Assembly (NCBI GenBank): GCA_963675665.1
Contig: OY776510.1
Location: forward strand, 4,704,001-4,768,000
DNA: 64,000 nucleotides
Direction: 5' to 3'
From: Spirochaetia bacterium
GTDB lineage: Bacteria > Spirochaetota > Spirochaetia > UBA9216
This document shows positions 30,471 through 38,643 of the stretch, piece by piece (within the stretch, counting starts at the first letter, position 1; every line of letters starts with the position of its first letter). The notes beneath the pieces were generated by a model. That model worked only from the letters and a program-made list of their open reading frames with translations, searched no databases and was not told where the DNA came from. A program made the position numbers and the translations under genes.

Positions 30471-30510
30471 ACAACATACCCATATTAAGGTTACAAAATA
30501 AATAAAAAAA

Positions 30511-31578
30511 ATGAAAATTTTTAAACCGATAATTATAGTTATTGCGGCAGCTGCAGTTCTCATGCTATCAGCGCTGCTTTTTTTTGTGCTCACCGAATAC
30601 CGTCCCGACGACGTTGTTTTACTGAAACCGGTTTACGGTACCGAAGCTGAACCTGTTGCTCCGGGCGGATTGAGAATAATGTCATGGAATATCGGGTATT
30701 GCGGTCTTGATGCGGAAATGGACTTTTTCATGGAAGGCGGAAGCATCATGGAACGTTCACCTCTTGAAAACCAGCGAAAATCACTCGACACAATTATAAA
30801 GAAAATAAACCTTCAGGAACCGGACATTTGTTTTATTCAGGAAATCGATACGGCATCCCGCAGATCATTCAAGGTTGATCAGCTGTATACCGCTATAACA
30901 GGCCTGAAGAAATACGAGGCGCTGCATGCCTTGAATTTTAAAAGTCCGTTTGTTCCGGTGCCCGTAAAAGCACCTATCGGAAAAGTTGAATCGGGAATTG
31001 CAACTTTTTCACGCTTTTCAACCTTTAACGCGGAACGAAGACAATTACCGGGAAGATACAGCTGGCCGGTCAGAATCTTTCATCTGAAACGCTGTGCACT
31101 GCTATGTCAGATTCCTTCTCCTGTTGCCGGGAAAAACTGGTATCTCATCAATATTCATCTCACCGCGTACGGAGACGGCGGCCAGCGGGCAAAACAGCTT
31201 GAGTATCTGAAAAAAGAGATTACCGGATTATATGCTGAAGGCCATTATGTAGTTGTCGGCGGAGACTGGAATTCGCTTTTCCCGGGCGTAACAAAAGATC
31301 AATTCGGCACATACACTACACCTGAAGAATACCTGTTCTGGCTTCAGTCGGTTCCTTCCGACTGGACTCCGGAAAACTGGCAATGGTGTTATGATGCTGA
31401 AGTTCCCACCGCCAGATCACTTGAACAACCGTATAAAGCCGGTGAAAATTTCACCTGTATAATCGACGGCTTTCTCGTGTCGCCGAACCTGAGGGTTGAA
31501 GAGGTAAAAGGAATTGATTTCAGGTTTGAAAATACCGACCACAACCCGGTTGCGATTACGGTCAGTATAAGAGACTAG
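30511..31578 (+). CDS. Membrane-anchored endonuclease/exonuclease/phosphatase-family protein
   Basis: SWNIGY, QEID, NIHL, GGDWN, IDGF, TDH.P. Confidence 0.88.
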   Translation: MKIFKPIIIVIAAAAVLMLSALLFFVLTEYRPDDVVLLKPVYGTEAEPVAPGGLRIMSWNIGYCGLDAEMDFFMEGGSIMERSPLENQRKSLDTIIKKINLQEPDICFIQEIDTASRRSFKVDQLYTAITGLKKYEALHALNFKSPFVPVPVKAPIGKVESGIATFSRFSTFNAERRQLPGRYSWPVRIFHLKRCALLCQIPSPVAGKNWYLINIHLTAYGDGGQRAKQLEYLKKEITGLYAEGHYVVVGGDWNSLFPGVTKDQFGTYTTPEEYLFWLQSVPSDWTPENWQWCYDAEVPTARSLEQPYKAGENFTCIIDGFLVSPNLRVEEVKGIDFRFENTDHNPVAITVSIRD

Positions 31579-32894
31579 TTTTTCATTGTAAGCGGCATTC
31601 GGGTCGTCTGAAGAACATCCCTCCACAAACTTCCTTCCGGATCAACGAAATTTCGTTTGGAAACCGCCATTTTCATTGGAACCATTACAAATTTATCGTT
31701 CATCATTGATATAAGGGCTTTTGTTTTACCCGCCATGGCGGCATGCACGGCATTGTTCCCAAGCCTGAGGCAATAGATGGAATCATTTGGATCGGCCGGT
31801 GTAGAACGAATCAGGTAACTGGGATCAATATACTTAAGATGCATCTCGATTCCTTCCTTCTCAAAATAGTCGATAATCCGGTCCTGAAGATACTGACCGA
31901 TGTTCTGCAGTTTCTTGTTGCCCGACAGATCAGTTTCATTACTCTTTTCAAGAAATTCCTGCCCTGCTCCTTCGGCTACAATTATTACAGCACGGTGTTT
32001 TTCCATAATTCTTTTTTTAAGCTGATTCAAAAGTCCTTTCTCGCCCTCAAGATCAAACGGAATTTCCGGAATCAGTACAAAATTCACAACGCTCATCGCA
32101 AGCGCCGTATTGGCCGCAATAAATCCGCTCTCCCGACCCATCAGTTTAACAAGACCGATACCGTTATACGCATCTTTTGCTTCCACATGTGCCCCGGCTA
32201 CAGCTTCCACAGCCTTGGAAACGGCTGTCTCGAACCCGAAAGAACGTTGAATAAAGCTGAGATCATTATCTATTGTCTTGGGTATTCCGATTACCGCAAC
32301 TTTCAGGTTTCGTTTTTCAATTTCTTCGGCAATAGCAAGAGCGCCTTTTGTGGTTCCGTCTCCTCCAATTGTAAAAAGCATATTAAGGTTCAGCCGCTCA
32401 ATAGCGTCGACGAATTCGGATATCTGTCCCCCGCCGCGGGATGAACCAAGCATGGTTCCGCCCATATAATGTATATCATCAACAACATCCGGATTTAACT
32501 CCTTGGTAGGAAGATTGTATTCCGGAAGCAACCCCCTGTAACCGTTTCTGATTCCGGTAATGCGTCTTACCCCGTACTGGTACCACAGTGTTCTGACAAT
32601 AGACCTGATAACGTTGTTCAGCCCGGGACAAAGACCTCCGCAGGTAACTATTCCGGCATGCACATGTCCGGGGTTAAAATAGATTTTACCCCGCGGGCCG
32701 GCTTTCTGAAGACAAAAACTCGAATCTGCTTTTGGAAGATCAGTACCCTTTCTTACTTCAACATCATAAAGTATATATTCATCATCCCGAACGTAATTAA
32801 CAATCTTGTCGCCATAGGTTTTCGACATCTGTATCGGCGAATCAATCCTGGGCTCTCCCAGTGAAGATACTTCAAAATCATATTTTTTAGCCAT
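31575..32894 (-). CDS. pfkA: ATP-dependent 6-phosphofructokinase (group X)
   Basis: TCGGLCPG, GGDG, PKTIDND, MGR, DPSY. Confidence 0.93.
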   Translation of the reverse strand: MAKKYDFEVSSLGEPRIDSPIQMSKTYGDKIVNYVRDDEYILYDVEVRKGTDLPKADSSFCLQKAGPRGKIYFNPGHVHAGIVTCGGLCPGLNNVIRSIVRTLWYQYGVRRITGIRNGYRGLLPEYNLPTKELNPDVVDDIHYMGGTMLGSSRGGGQISEFVDAIERLNLNMLFTIGGDGTTKGALAIAEEIEKRNLKVAVIGIPKTIDNDLSFIQRSFGFETAVSKAVEAVAGAHVEAKDAYNGIGLVKLMGRESGFIAANTALAMSVVNFVLIPEIPFDLEGEKGLLNQLKKRIMEKHRAVIIVAEGAGQEFLEKSNETDLSGNKKLQNIGQYLQDRIIDYFEKEGIEMHLKYIDPSYLIRSTPADPNDSIYCLRLGNNAVHAAMAGKTKALISMMNDKFVMVPMKMAVSKRNFVDPEGSLWRDVLQTTRMPLTMKN

Positions 32895-33045
32895 TGGATT
32901 CTCCTCAGTTATTAATACTAAATATAATCAATATCATTTGCAATAGTTTTTTCGGCAAGCCGGCGGAATAAAGAAAAAGGTTGTTACAGACAAGATCCCG
33001 GGGTATATTACTGTAAAATAAAATGTTTTACCGGAGCTGATACAA

Positions 33046-33567
33046 ATGAAAAAAAGTAAATGGATAATCCTGTCTCTTTTAGTCTTTCTGGCTGCAGGAT
33101 GCGATCTTTTTGATCCTGCAAGGAATGTATACGAAAGCCATATTCTGGACATTATTGACTATCTGCAACGGATGGAATATGAAGTCAGGGTAAATAATAT
33201 CGGTGATGATCCCCCTGAAAGCGCCACCTTGTGGCAGAAAGATTCATCCATCCGGGAGGATAATATAAAACTGGAATACAGCAATCTTTCCATAACCGAT
33301 TTAGCATATGATGCAACGGTCACCTGCTTTGAATCTCTGTGCCAGTCGCCGGTGTTTTCTATTTCGGGCGAAATGGAGTTTTCCTATAATGCCTCCGACA
33401 ATGAACATAAAGTTATTAGCGGAACTTTTACCATTAAGGATTCTGATCCGCAAAAGATGCCCATAACCGAATTGACTCTTGAAATTGATCTTGTTCAATC
33501 ATGGGCATCAGGAACTGCAACTGCAAACGGAAAAGAGTTCATTCTTGAAGAAGATTCTATCCGCTGA
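33046..33567 (+). CDS. Hypothetical lipoprotein
   Basis: Lipobox AAGC; SD GGAG. Confidence 0.75.
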   Translation: MKKSKWIILSLLVFLAAGCDLFDPARNVYESHILDIIDYLQRMEYEVRVNNIGDDPPESATLWQKDSSIREDNIKLEYSNLSITDLAYDATVTCFESLCQSPVFSISGEMEFSYNASDNEHKVISGTFTIKDSDPQKMPITELTLEIDLVQSWASGTATANGKEFILEEDSIR

Positions 33568-33576
33568 CTGCAACAG

Positions 33577-34884
33577 TCAGTTTACGCTGCTTGCGAGAAA
33601 CTCGGTTACCCTCCGGGCAATTGAAGAATAAATATCCGCGCGTTTCGAGTCGTCCGTTTCAAGAAGCGTAAACCTGAACCCCTTGAGTTCCGAACAGAAC
33701 CCGGTAAGAGGAACAACACAAATACCCTCGGCACCCAGAAGATAATAGACAAACCTTTTATCAAGCGGCATTCCTTTGGTAATCTGCTCAATATATGCTT
33801 TTATCCGGGGTTCCGGAATTTCAAGTTTCTGGTCCTCGTTCAATACACCGTCTTCAAAAAGAACAGTAAAATACAAAGCGCCCTGCGGCATGATTACATT
33901 GATACCGGGAATATTCTTCATAATATTAAAAGCTTCGCATGCCCGCGATGCAAGTATCAACGATTGGCGGCTGAGATGCTCCGCATAACGCGGATCACCC
34001 ATTATCAGCGGGATCGAGAGCTGCGGCAGTGTTGTTGAACATACTTCAAGCCTCTTGGCGTTTATCAGGCTGTTTATATAGGTGTTAAACTCTTCGTCCT
34101 TTTCGCGGTTATAAACTTCAATCCAGCCGCAGCGGGCTCCCGGCCAGGGATACTCCTTACTGACAGATTTCATTGATATTGCCGGAACGTCTCCGATTAC
34201 TTCGTTAATATAGGTGAAATTTACCCCGGGAAACACAACATTGCAGTATGTTTCATCTGCAATAATAAAAAGATCATGCTCGGCAGCTATATCGACTATC
34301 TGGTGTAAAACCTCCCTTGAATAAACAATACCGGTTGGATTATCGGGGTTAATAAGAAGGATCCCGGCAATCGAATCATTATATCTGACTTTATTGCGCA
34401 AATCTTCAATATCGGGAAGCCAGTTGTTTTCCGGATCAAGTGTGTATGTAAGATGTTCATAACCGGAATGCGCAGCTTCCGCCGAAGAATGTGTCGAATA
34501 TGCCGGCGAAGGTCCGATTATTCGGGCTTCCCTTTTCAAAAACCCGAAAATCTTGGCGACGGCGTCTCCGAGCCCGTTAAAAAATATAATATCGTCTGCC
34601 GAGGCCCTGGCCCCCTTCCGGGTCCCGAGCTGCGAAGACAGGAATTCCCTTGTGCCGACATCACCCTGACTGTCGGTATAACGATAACTCGCATCTTCGG
34701 CGGCCAGTCCGATAATAATCTCTTTCATCCACGGCTCCAGCTCCGCGCCTTTCTCTACCGGGTCGCCTATATTTTCCCATTTGATTTCTCTGCCGAGTTC
34801 CGAGATTTTATGAGCTATGCTCACAATCTGGCGGATCTCATAGGTAAGCTGCCTGGCCCCTAAATGTACAATTTCACGTCTCAT
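33577..34884 (-). CDS. alaA: PLP-dependent class I/II aminotransferase, AlaA-like (probable alanine-synthesising transaminase)
   Basis: YEIR...ENIGDP N-terminus, INPDNPTG, ADETY, SVSK...PGARCGW; SD GGAGGAG before ATG 34884; Ala-rich leader upstream. Confidence 0.7.
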   Translation of the reverse strand: MRREIVHLGARQLTYEIRQIVSIAHKISELGREIKWENIGDPVEKGAELEPWMKEIIIGLAAEDASYRYTDSQGDVGTREFLSSQLGTRKGARASADDIIFFNGLGDAVAKIFGFLKREARIIGPSPAYSTHSSAEAAHSGYEHLTYTLDPENNWLPDIEDLRNKVRYNDSIAGILLINPDNPTGIVYSREVLHQIVDIAAEHDLFIIADETYCNVVFPGVNFTYINEVIGDVPAISMKSVSKEYPWPGARCGWIEVYNREKDEEFNTYINSLINAKRLEVCSTTLPQLSIPLIMGDPRYAEHLSRQSLILASRACEAFNIMKNIPGINVIMPQGALYFTVLFEDGVLNEDQKLEIPEPRIKAYIEQITKGMPLDKRFVYYLLGAEGICVVPLTGFCSELKGFRFTLLETDDSKRADIYSSIARRVTEFLASSVN

Positions 34885-34912
34885 TTTCTCCTCCGTTTGT
34901 TGCAGCTGTAAT

Positions 34913-34946
34913 AAAAAAACCGGCAAAGCCTGAAGACCTGCCGGTT
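34913..34946 (-). terminator. Attenuator terminator (E:F) in the aminotransferase leader
   Basis: AACCGGCAGGUC-UUCA-GGCUUUGCCGGUU then a U-tract (U7 in total), ending about 30 nt before the start codon. Confidence 0.85.
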
Positions 34947-34995
34947 ATAATTCGAACATGTTACCGCAAGTCGCCAGACGACTGCGGCATTTTTT

Positions 34996-35076
34996 TCAGG
35001 AAAGACACAACGCCGCAGTCAATATTGCTGCTGCTGCCGCGGCGGTTGTTATTTTGCTGTCAATCCTTCTGTACAT
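34996..35076 (-). CDS. Ala-rich leader peptide MYRRIDSKITTAAAAAAILTAALCLS (26 aa)
   Basis: ATG 35076 to TGA 34996; GCC GCG GCA GCA GCA GCA run plus GCG GCG; embedded in alternative hairpins. Confidence 0.8.
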   Translation of the reverse strand: MYRRIDSKITTAAAAAAILTAALCLS

Positions 35077-35082
35077 GCAATA

Positions 35083-35111
35083 AAATTATCGGCCAATTCT
35101 TTTTTTGTCAA
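35083..35111 (-). promoter_or_regulatory. Promoter of the leader-peptide/aminotransferase transcript; predicted +1 at the leader AUG
   Basis: TTGACA-N17-TAATTT-N6-ATG; no SD. Confidence 0.7.
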
Positions 35112-35153
35112 GATGATCTTGCCAAAATCTCCCATATGATACTATTATTCAAT

Positions 35154-36263
35154 ATGCGCCCGCGTATCGTCAAAAACCTTTCAGCACTTTTTTTATTTAC
35201 AGTCACGATTACCGTGTCCGCCGCCGGACAAGACAGCAACACCGGCAGTACAGCATTGTTTATTGATTCGAACCCGATAAACGCTTTAATTATTATGGAC
35301 GGAGAGCCCCTGCTTCAACAGACTCCCGCTCTTGTCCGGAACCTTTCGCCGGGAGAACATATTATCGGAATTCGCAAAGACGGATATTCGCCTGAAGACG
35401 CAACAGTAAATCTTGAAGCAGGAATGACGGAGATTATCAAAGCGGAATTATCCCGCGGCACAATACTGGTAAATCTGCCGGACGAAAATTCTGTTTATCT
35501 CCAATCAGAGAGCATCGGGAATGTTCCCGAAGTATTCAGAATTCCCGAAGGCACCTATAATTTCCTGAAAAAAGAAGACGGATTATATATTAAGCCTGTT
35601 TATCCGAAAACCCGACTGCTGACAGTTACCGGCACGCTGTTTTTTGCGGCGCTGGCAATTAATACCGTATCAATTGCTATGGAACTTAACAGCAACGGAG
35701 AGTTGTTCCTGCCGCATTCCGACAGACTTATTATCACTGAAGCCGCCGCCGCAGTCTCCGGCCTGGCGGAACTGGCCATGCTGATTGACAAAAGATCTTT
35801 TATCAGCGATTTTGAGTTGCATCAGGCAGATTTGAAAAACCTTGAATCGGAAGCGGAAAAGATTTTCCAGACTTCCCAGCGGTCGTTGTCCTCCGGAAAG
35901 CTTGAGGACGCTCTTTCAGGTTTCAGCAGCCTCGTAAGCAGTTACCCGGATTCGCCCAGATTCTCCGAATCTTTATACAAGATTGCCAAAATTCACAGTA
36001 TTTCCGGAGATACAAACCTTGCAATATCGGAACTGAATATTATTATCGACCGTTTTCCTGATGCAGAGATCTACGACAGTGCCTGCCAGACGCTTGCGCT
36101 TTTGTATTCCAACTCCGGCAACCCTCAGGCCGCGGAAGAAATTGTAGGAAAGATGGTCTTCCTCAATTCGATTTTTTCCGAAACGGAAAAAGAGATTGAA
36201 GAACTCGGAATTGAAAAGGTAATTGAAAACTGGGCAAGAAATCCGGAAGGACGTACCGAATGA
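35154..36263 (+). CDS. PEGA-domain and TPR (BamD/YfiO-like) membrane protein
   Basis: IDSNP.NA....DG....TP...L.PG.H...K.GY PEGA motif; YPDSP..ESLY TPR region; start reassigned. Confidence 0.8.
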   Translation: MRPRIVKNLSALFLFTVTITVSAAGQDSNTGSTALFIDSNPINALIIMDGEPLLQQTPALVRNLSPGEHIIGIRKDGYSPEDATVNLEAGMTEIIKAELSRGTILVNLPDENSVYLQSESIGNVPEVFRIPEGTYNFLKKEDGLYIKPVYPKTRLLTVTGTLFFAALAINTVSIAMELNSNGELFLPHSDRLIITEAAAAVSGLAELAMLIDKRSFISDFELHQADLKNLESEAEKIFQTSQRSLSSGKLEDALSGFSSLVSSYPDSPRFSESLYKIAKIHSISGDTNLAISELNIIIDRFPDAEIYDSACQTLALLYSNSGNPQAAEEIVGKMVFLNSIFSETEKEIEELGIEKVIENWARNPEGRTE

Positions 36264-36895
36264 AATCTGCAATTTTCCGCCGGATATTTCCGGTTTTGAC
36301 GATATTTCTGTATGTCTCGGCTTCGGTATACAGCCAGGAGAATACTGTTCCCGCTGCCGAACCGGAAACAGTTTTTATCGATTTTCTTTTCAACGAATAT
36401 ATTGAGCTTGAAAAACAAATCTTCGAAGAAACAGACGATTCAGAATCCATATCAGCTGAAACCCTCGAAAAAATCGGGGTTCTTGAAAACAAAGCTGTTT
36501 CAGCCAACAGGAAAGATATAATAAGCAGGCTGCGGATGCTGAACTTCATCATTGAATCGGATGTTTATGAAAATGAGCTTAATCTTAACGCAGATACTGC
36601 ACTTCATAGCATTCGTGAAACCGAAAAAATATACAGAAGAACAAAAAGTACTGAAAAAATCGGCCGTAAGGCTTTTGGGATAACAATCGGTACAGCTGTG
36701 GTTTCAGGAACAATATTCGCCGCAAGCTCGCTTGCTTCATCCGGATACTACGAAAAGTATACCCAAACGGAATACGCAGATCAGGCCGCTTTTTACCTGT
36801 TCTGGTGGCAACTTCTGGAAGATGTATCAACAGGCAGCGCAATACTCACTGTAGCGTCGTCTGCCGCTGCGGGAATACTTGCCGCTGTTTTCTAA
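36260..36895 (+). CDS. Hypothetical exported/membrane protein
   Basis: Signal peptide, C-terminal hydrophobic hairpin; ATGA overlap with the upstream gene. Confidence 0.75.
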   Translation: MKSAIFRRIFPVLTIFLYVSASVYSQENTVPAAEPETVFIDFLFNEYIELEKQIFEETDDSESISAETLEKIGVLENKAVSANRKDIISRLRMLNFIIESDVYENELNLNADTALHSIRETEKIYRRTKSTEKIGRKAFGITIGTAVVSGTIFAASSLASSGYYEKYTQTEYADQAAFYLFWWQLLEDVSTGSAILTVASSAAAGILAAVF

Positions 36896-36906
36896 TCAGT
36901 TACTGA

Positions 36907-38565
36907 TTATTTTGTTTTCATAATTTCTACGCCGTTCCAGTCTTCCGGAGGAGGATTCTTCAGGTAACGCATGCTGCGTTCAATAAAAACCCCGGACAGA
37001 TAATCATCCGGCATAGTCTTGCCGGCAGCCGAAAAATATCTAACGGCTTTACTGAAATCACGGCTGTAAAAAAGTTTTGCGCCGGCGTTATGATAAGACC
37101 ATCCTTTTTTCTGTTGTTGCGTAAGGTTAACACTCGCAGTGTAGATACTTTCACCCTGCGTTTTTCCTTTTACCTGGACCTTGTCAACCATCCTGCATGG
37201 AATCTGAGTACGGACTTTTCTGTAGACGCTTTCTGAAATAATCAGTTCCTGTTTATACTGCTTTGTAAGACCTTCAAGCCTGGAACCAAGGTTAACCATA
37301 TCTCCGATAACGGTATAATCCATTTTCTTTTCGGAGCCGATATTACCGACTGTTACAACCCCATAGTTTATCCCGATTCCCGTTTTAAACTCGGGTTTTC
37401 CTTCTTCTACACGTTCCCTGTTTAATTTGCCGAGTGTTTCCTGCATTTCAAGCGCAGCCATTACCGATTGGTATGCGTCGTCGTTGTGCTTTACAGGCGC
37501 TCCGAAAAAAGCCATTATCGCATCGCCGATATATTTATCGATTACTCCGCCGCGGTTGATAATGATATCAACCATTTTTTCAAAATACTTGTTAAGATCT
37601 ATAACAAGTTGATCCGGAGAATAACCTTCTGATATTGTTGTAAAACTTCTGATATCAGAAAACAGGATGGACAGAACCCGGTTCTGTCCTACAAGCATTT
37701 CTTCAGGGTTTGTAAAAACGCTGTCGATAACATCCTTGGGAACATACTTCTGAAATATATTTCTAATCTTTCGTTCATTGCGCTCAGCCAGCACGGCCTT
37801 GAAAGCAAATTCCTTGATTTGCTGGTATGCCCGGTTAAGCTCATTAATCATGATATTAAAGGTGTTTGCCAGGTGCCCTATCTCATCGCGGTATTCGACA
37901 TGGACCTGTCTTGAAAGATCATTATCCTTGATGATTCCCTGCATTGCAGTTGAAACCCTGGTCAGGGGGCCGGTTATATATGCGGCAAGTACCAGCAGAA
38001 GAATAAATGATATAAAAATGGATATCCCGAGAATGATATAATTCTGGGTCAGCATTTCAGTGATTTCACGATAAAAGATGGAACTGTCTTCCGAAAGAAA
38101 CACATACCAGTCGAACGCTTCAAAGTAAAACATCTGACCGACTCTTTCACTTCCCTCGAGATTAAAAGATACCCAGCCGGCGCTGTCCCGTGAGAGCATC
38201 CGGTTTAAAGCTTCCAGTTCGCCCTCGGCAAACTGGAAATCCGAAGTCTTCATCCTGACTGAACCTTCGCTGTCGATAGAAAAGATCATCTCGGTTTCGC
38301 TTCTTATAAGCGTAAACGCATAAGAAAGGACTGCTGTTTTGGCAACATCAACATATTCGGGTTTGTCCGAAAAACCGTTGTCAACCAGAAGTGACCACTG
38401 GTTTCCCATATATTTTTCCATCTCTTCAGCTTTAAAACCCAGAGAAGCCATTGCCAGCCTTGTCATTCCTCCGCGGGCTGAATTTGACGCGAAAAAACCG
38501 GTTATGAGAAGGGCCGCCACAATTAACGGCAGAACGATTAGTATTAAACGTGCGCGTATTTTCAT
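36907..38565 (-). CDS. Membrane class III adenylate cyclase (sensor, HAMP, cyclase, TPR-like tail)
   Basis: FSDIRSFT, DKYIGDAIMA, DYTVIGD.VNL.SRLE (K/D specificity for ATP), VKGK. Confidence 0.92.
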   Translation of the reverse strand: MKIRARLILIVLPLIVAALLITGFFASNSARGGMTRLAMASLGFKAEEMEKYMGNQWSLLVDNGFSDKPEYVDVAKTAVLSYAFTLIRSETEMIFSIDSEGSVRMKTSDFQFAEGELEALNRMLSRDSAGWVSFNLEGSERVGQMFYFEAFDWYVFLSEDSSIFYREITEMLTQNYIILGISIFISFILLLVLAAYITGPLTRVSTAMQGIIKDNDLSRQVHVEYRDEIGHLANTFNIMINELNRAYQQIKEFAFKAVLAERNERKIRNIFQKYVPKDVIDSVFTNPEEMLVGQNRVLSILFSDIRSFTTISEGYSPDQLVIDLNKYFEKMVDIIINRGGVIDKYIGDAIMAFFGAPVKHNDDAYQSVMAALEMQETLGKLNRERVEEGKPEFKTGIGINYGVVTVGNIGSEKKMDYTVIGDMVNLGSRLEGLTKQYKQELIISESVYRKVRTQIPCRMVDKVQVKGKTQGESIYTASVNLTQQQKKGWSYHNAGAKLFYSRDFSKAVRYFSAAGKTMPDDYLSGVFIERSMRYLKNPPPEDWNGVEIMKTK

Positions 38566-38643
38566 TTGTCTATTAACAGAATCGGCGAACCGGACTCAAA
38601 AATTAACAATCATATGCCGATAATATATTCGCAGGAGTATGAT

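Noticed and set aside
30109-30510. c-di-GMP riboswitch near the diguanylate cyclase, or the 63-aa ORF 30292-30483
   Set aside because: No GEMM-type two-hairpin/tetraloop-receptor pattern recognised; the ORF is low-complexity, lacks an RBS and crosses a terminator.
34885-34926. N-terminal extension of the aminotransferase in the ORF track
   Set aside because: It runs through the terminator; the strong SD GGAGGAG marks ATG 34884.
34996-35076. Leader peptide as a remnant signal peptide or type I toxin
   Set aside because: Not fully excluded given its hydrophobicity, but the six-segment pairing cascade, terminator position and cognate downstream enzyme fit attenuation much better.
35025-35153. 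N-terminal extension of the PEGA ORF (MLLLPRRLLFCC...)
   Set aside because: It overlaps the minus-strand leader peptide and promoter; the signal-peptide-like sequence starts at ATG 35154.
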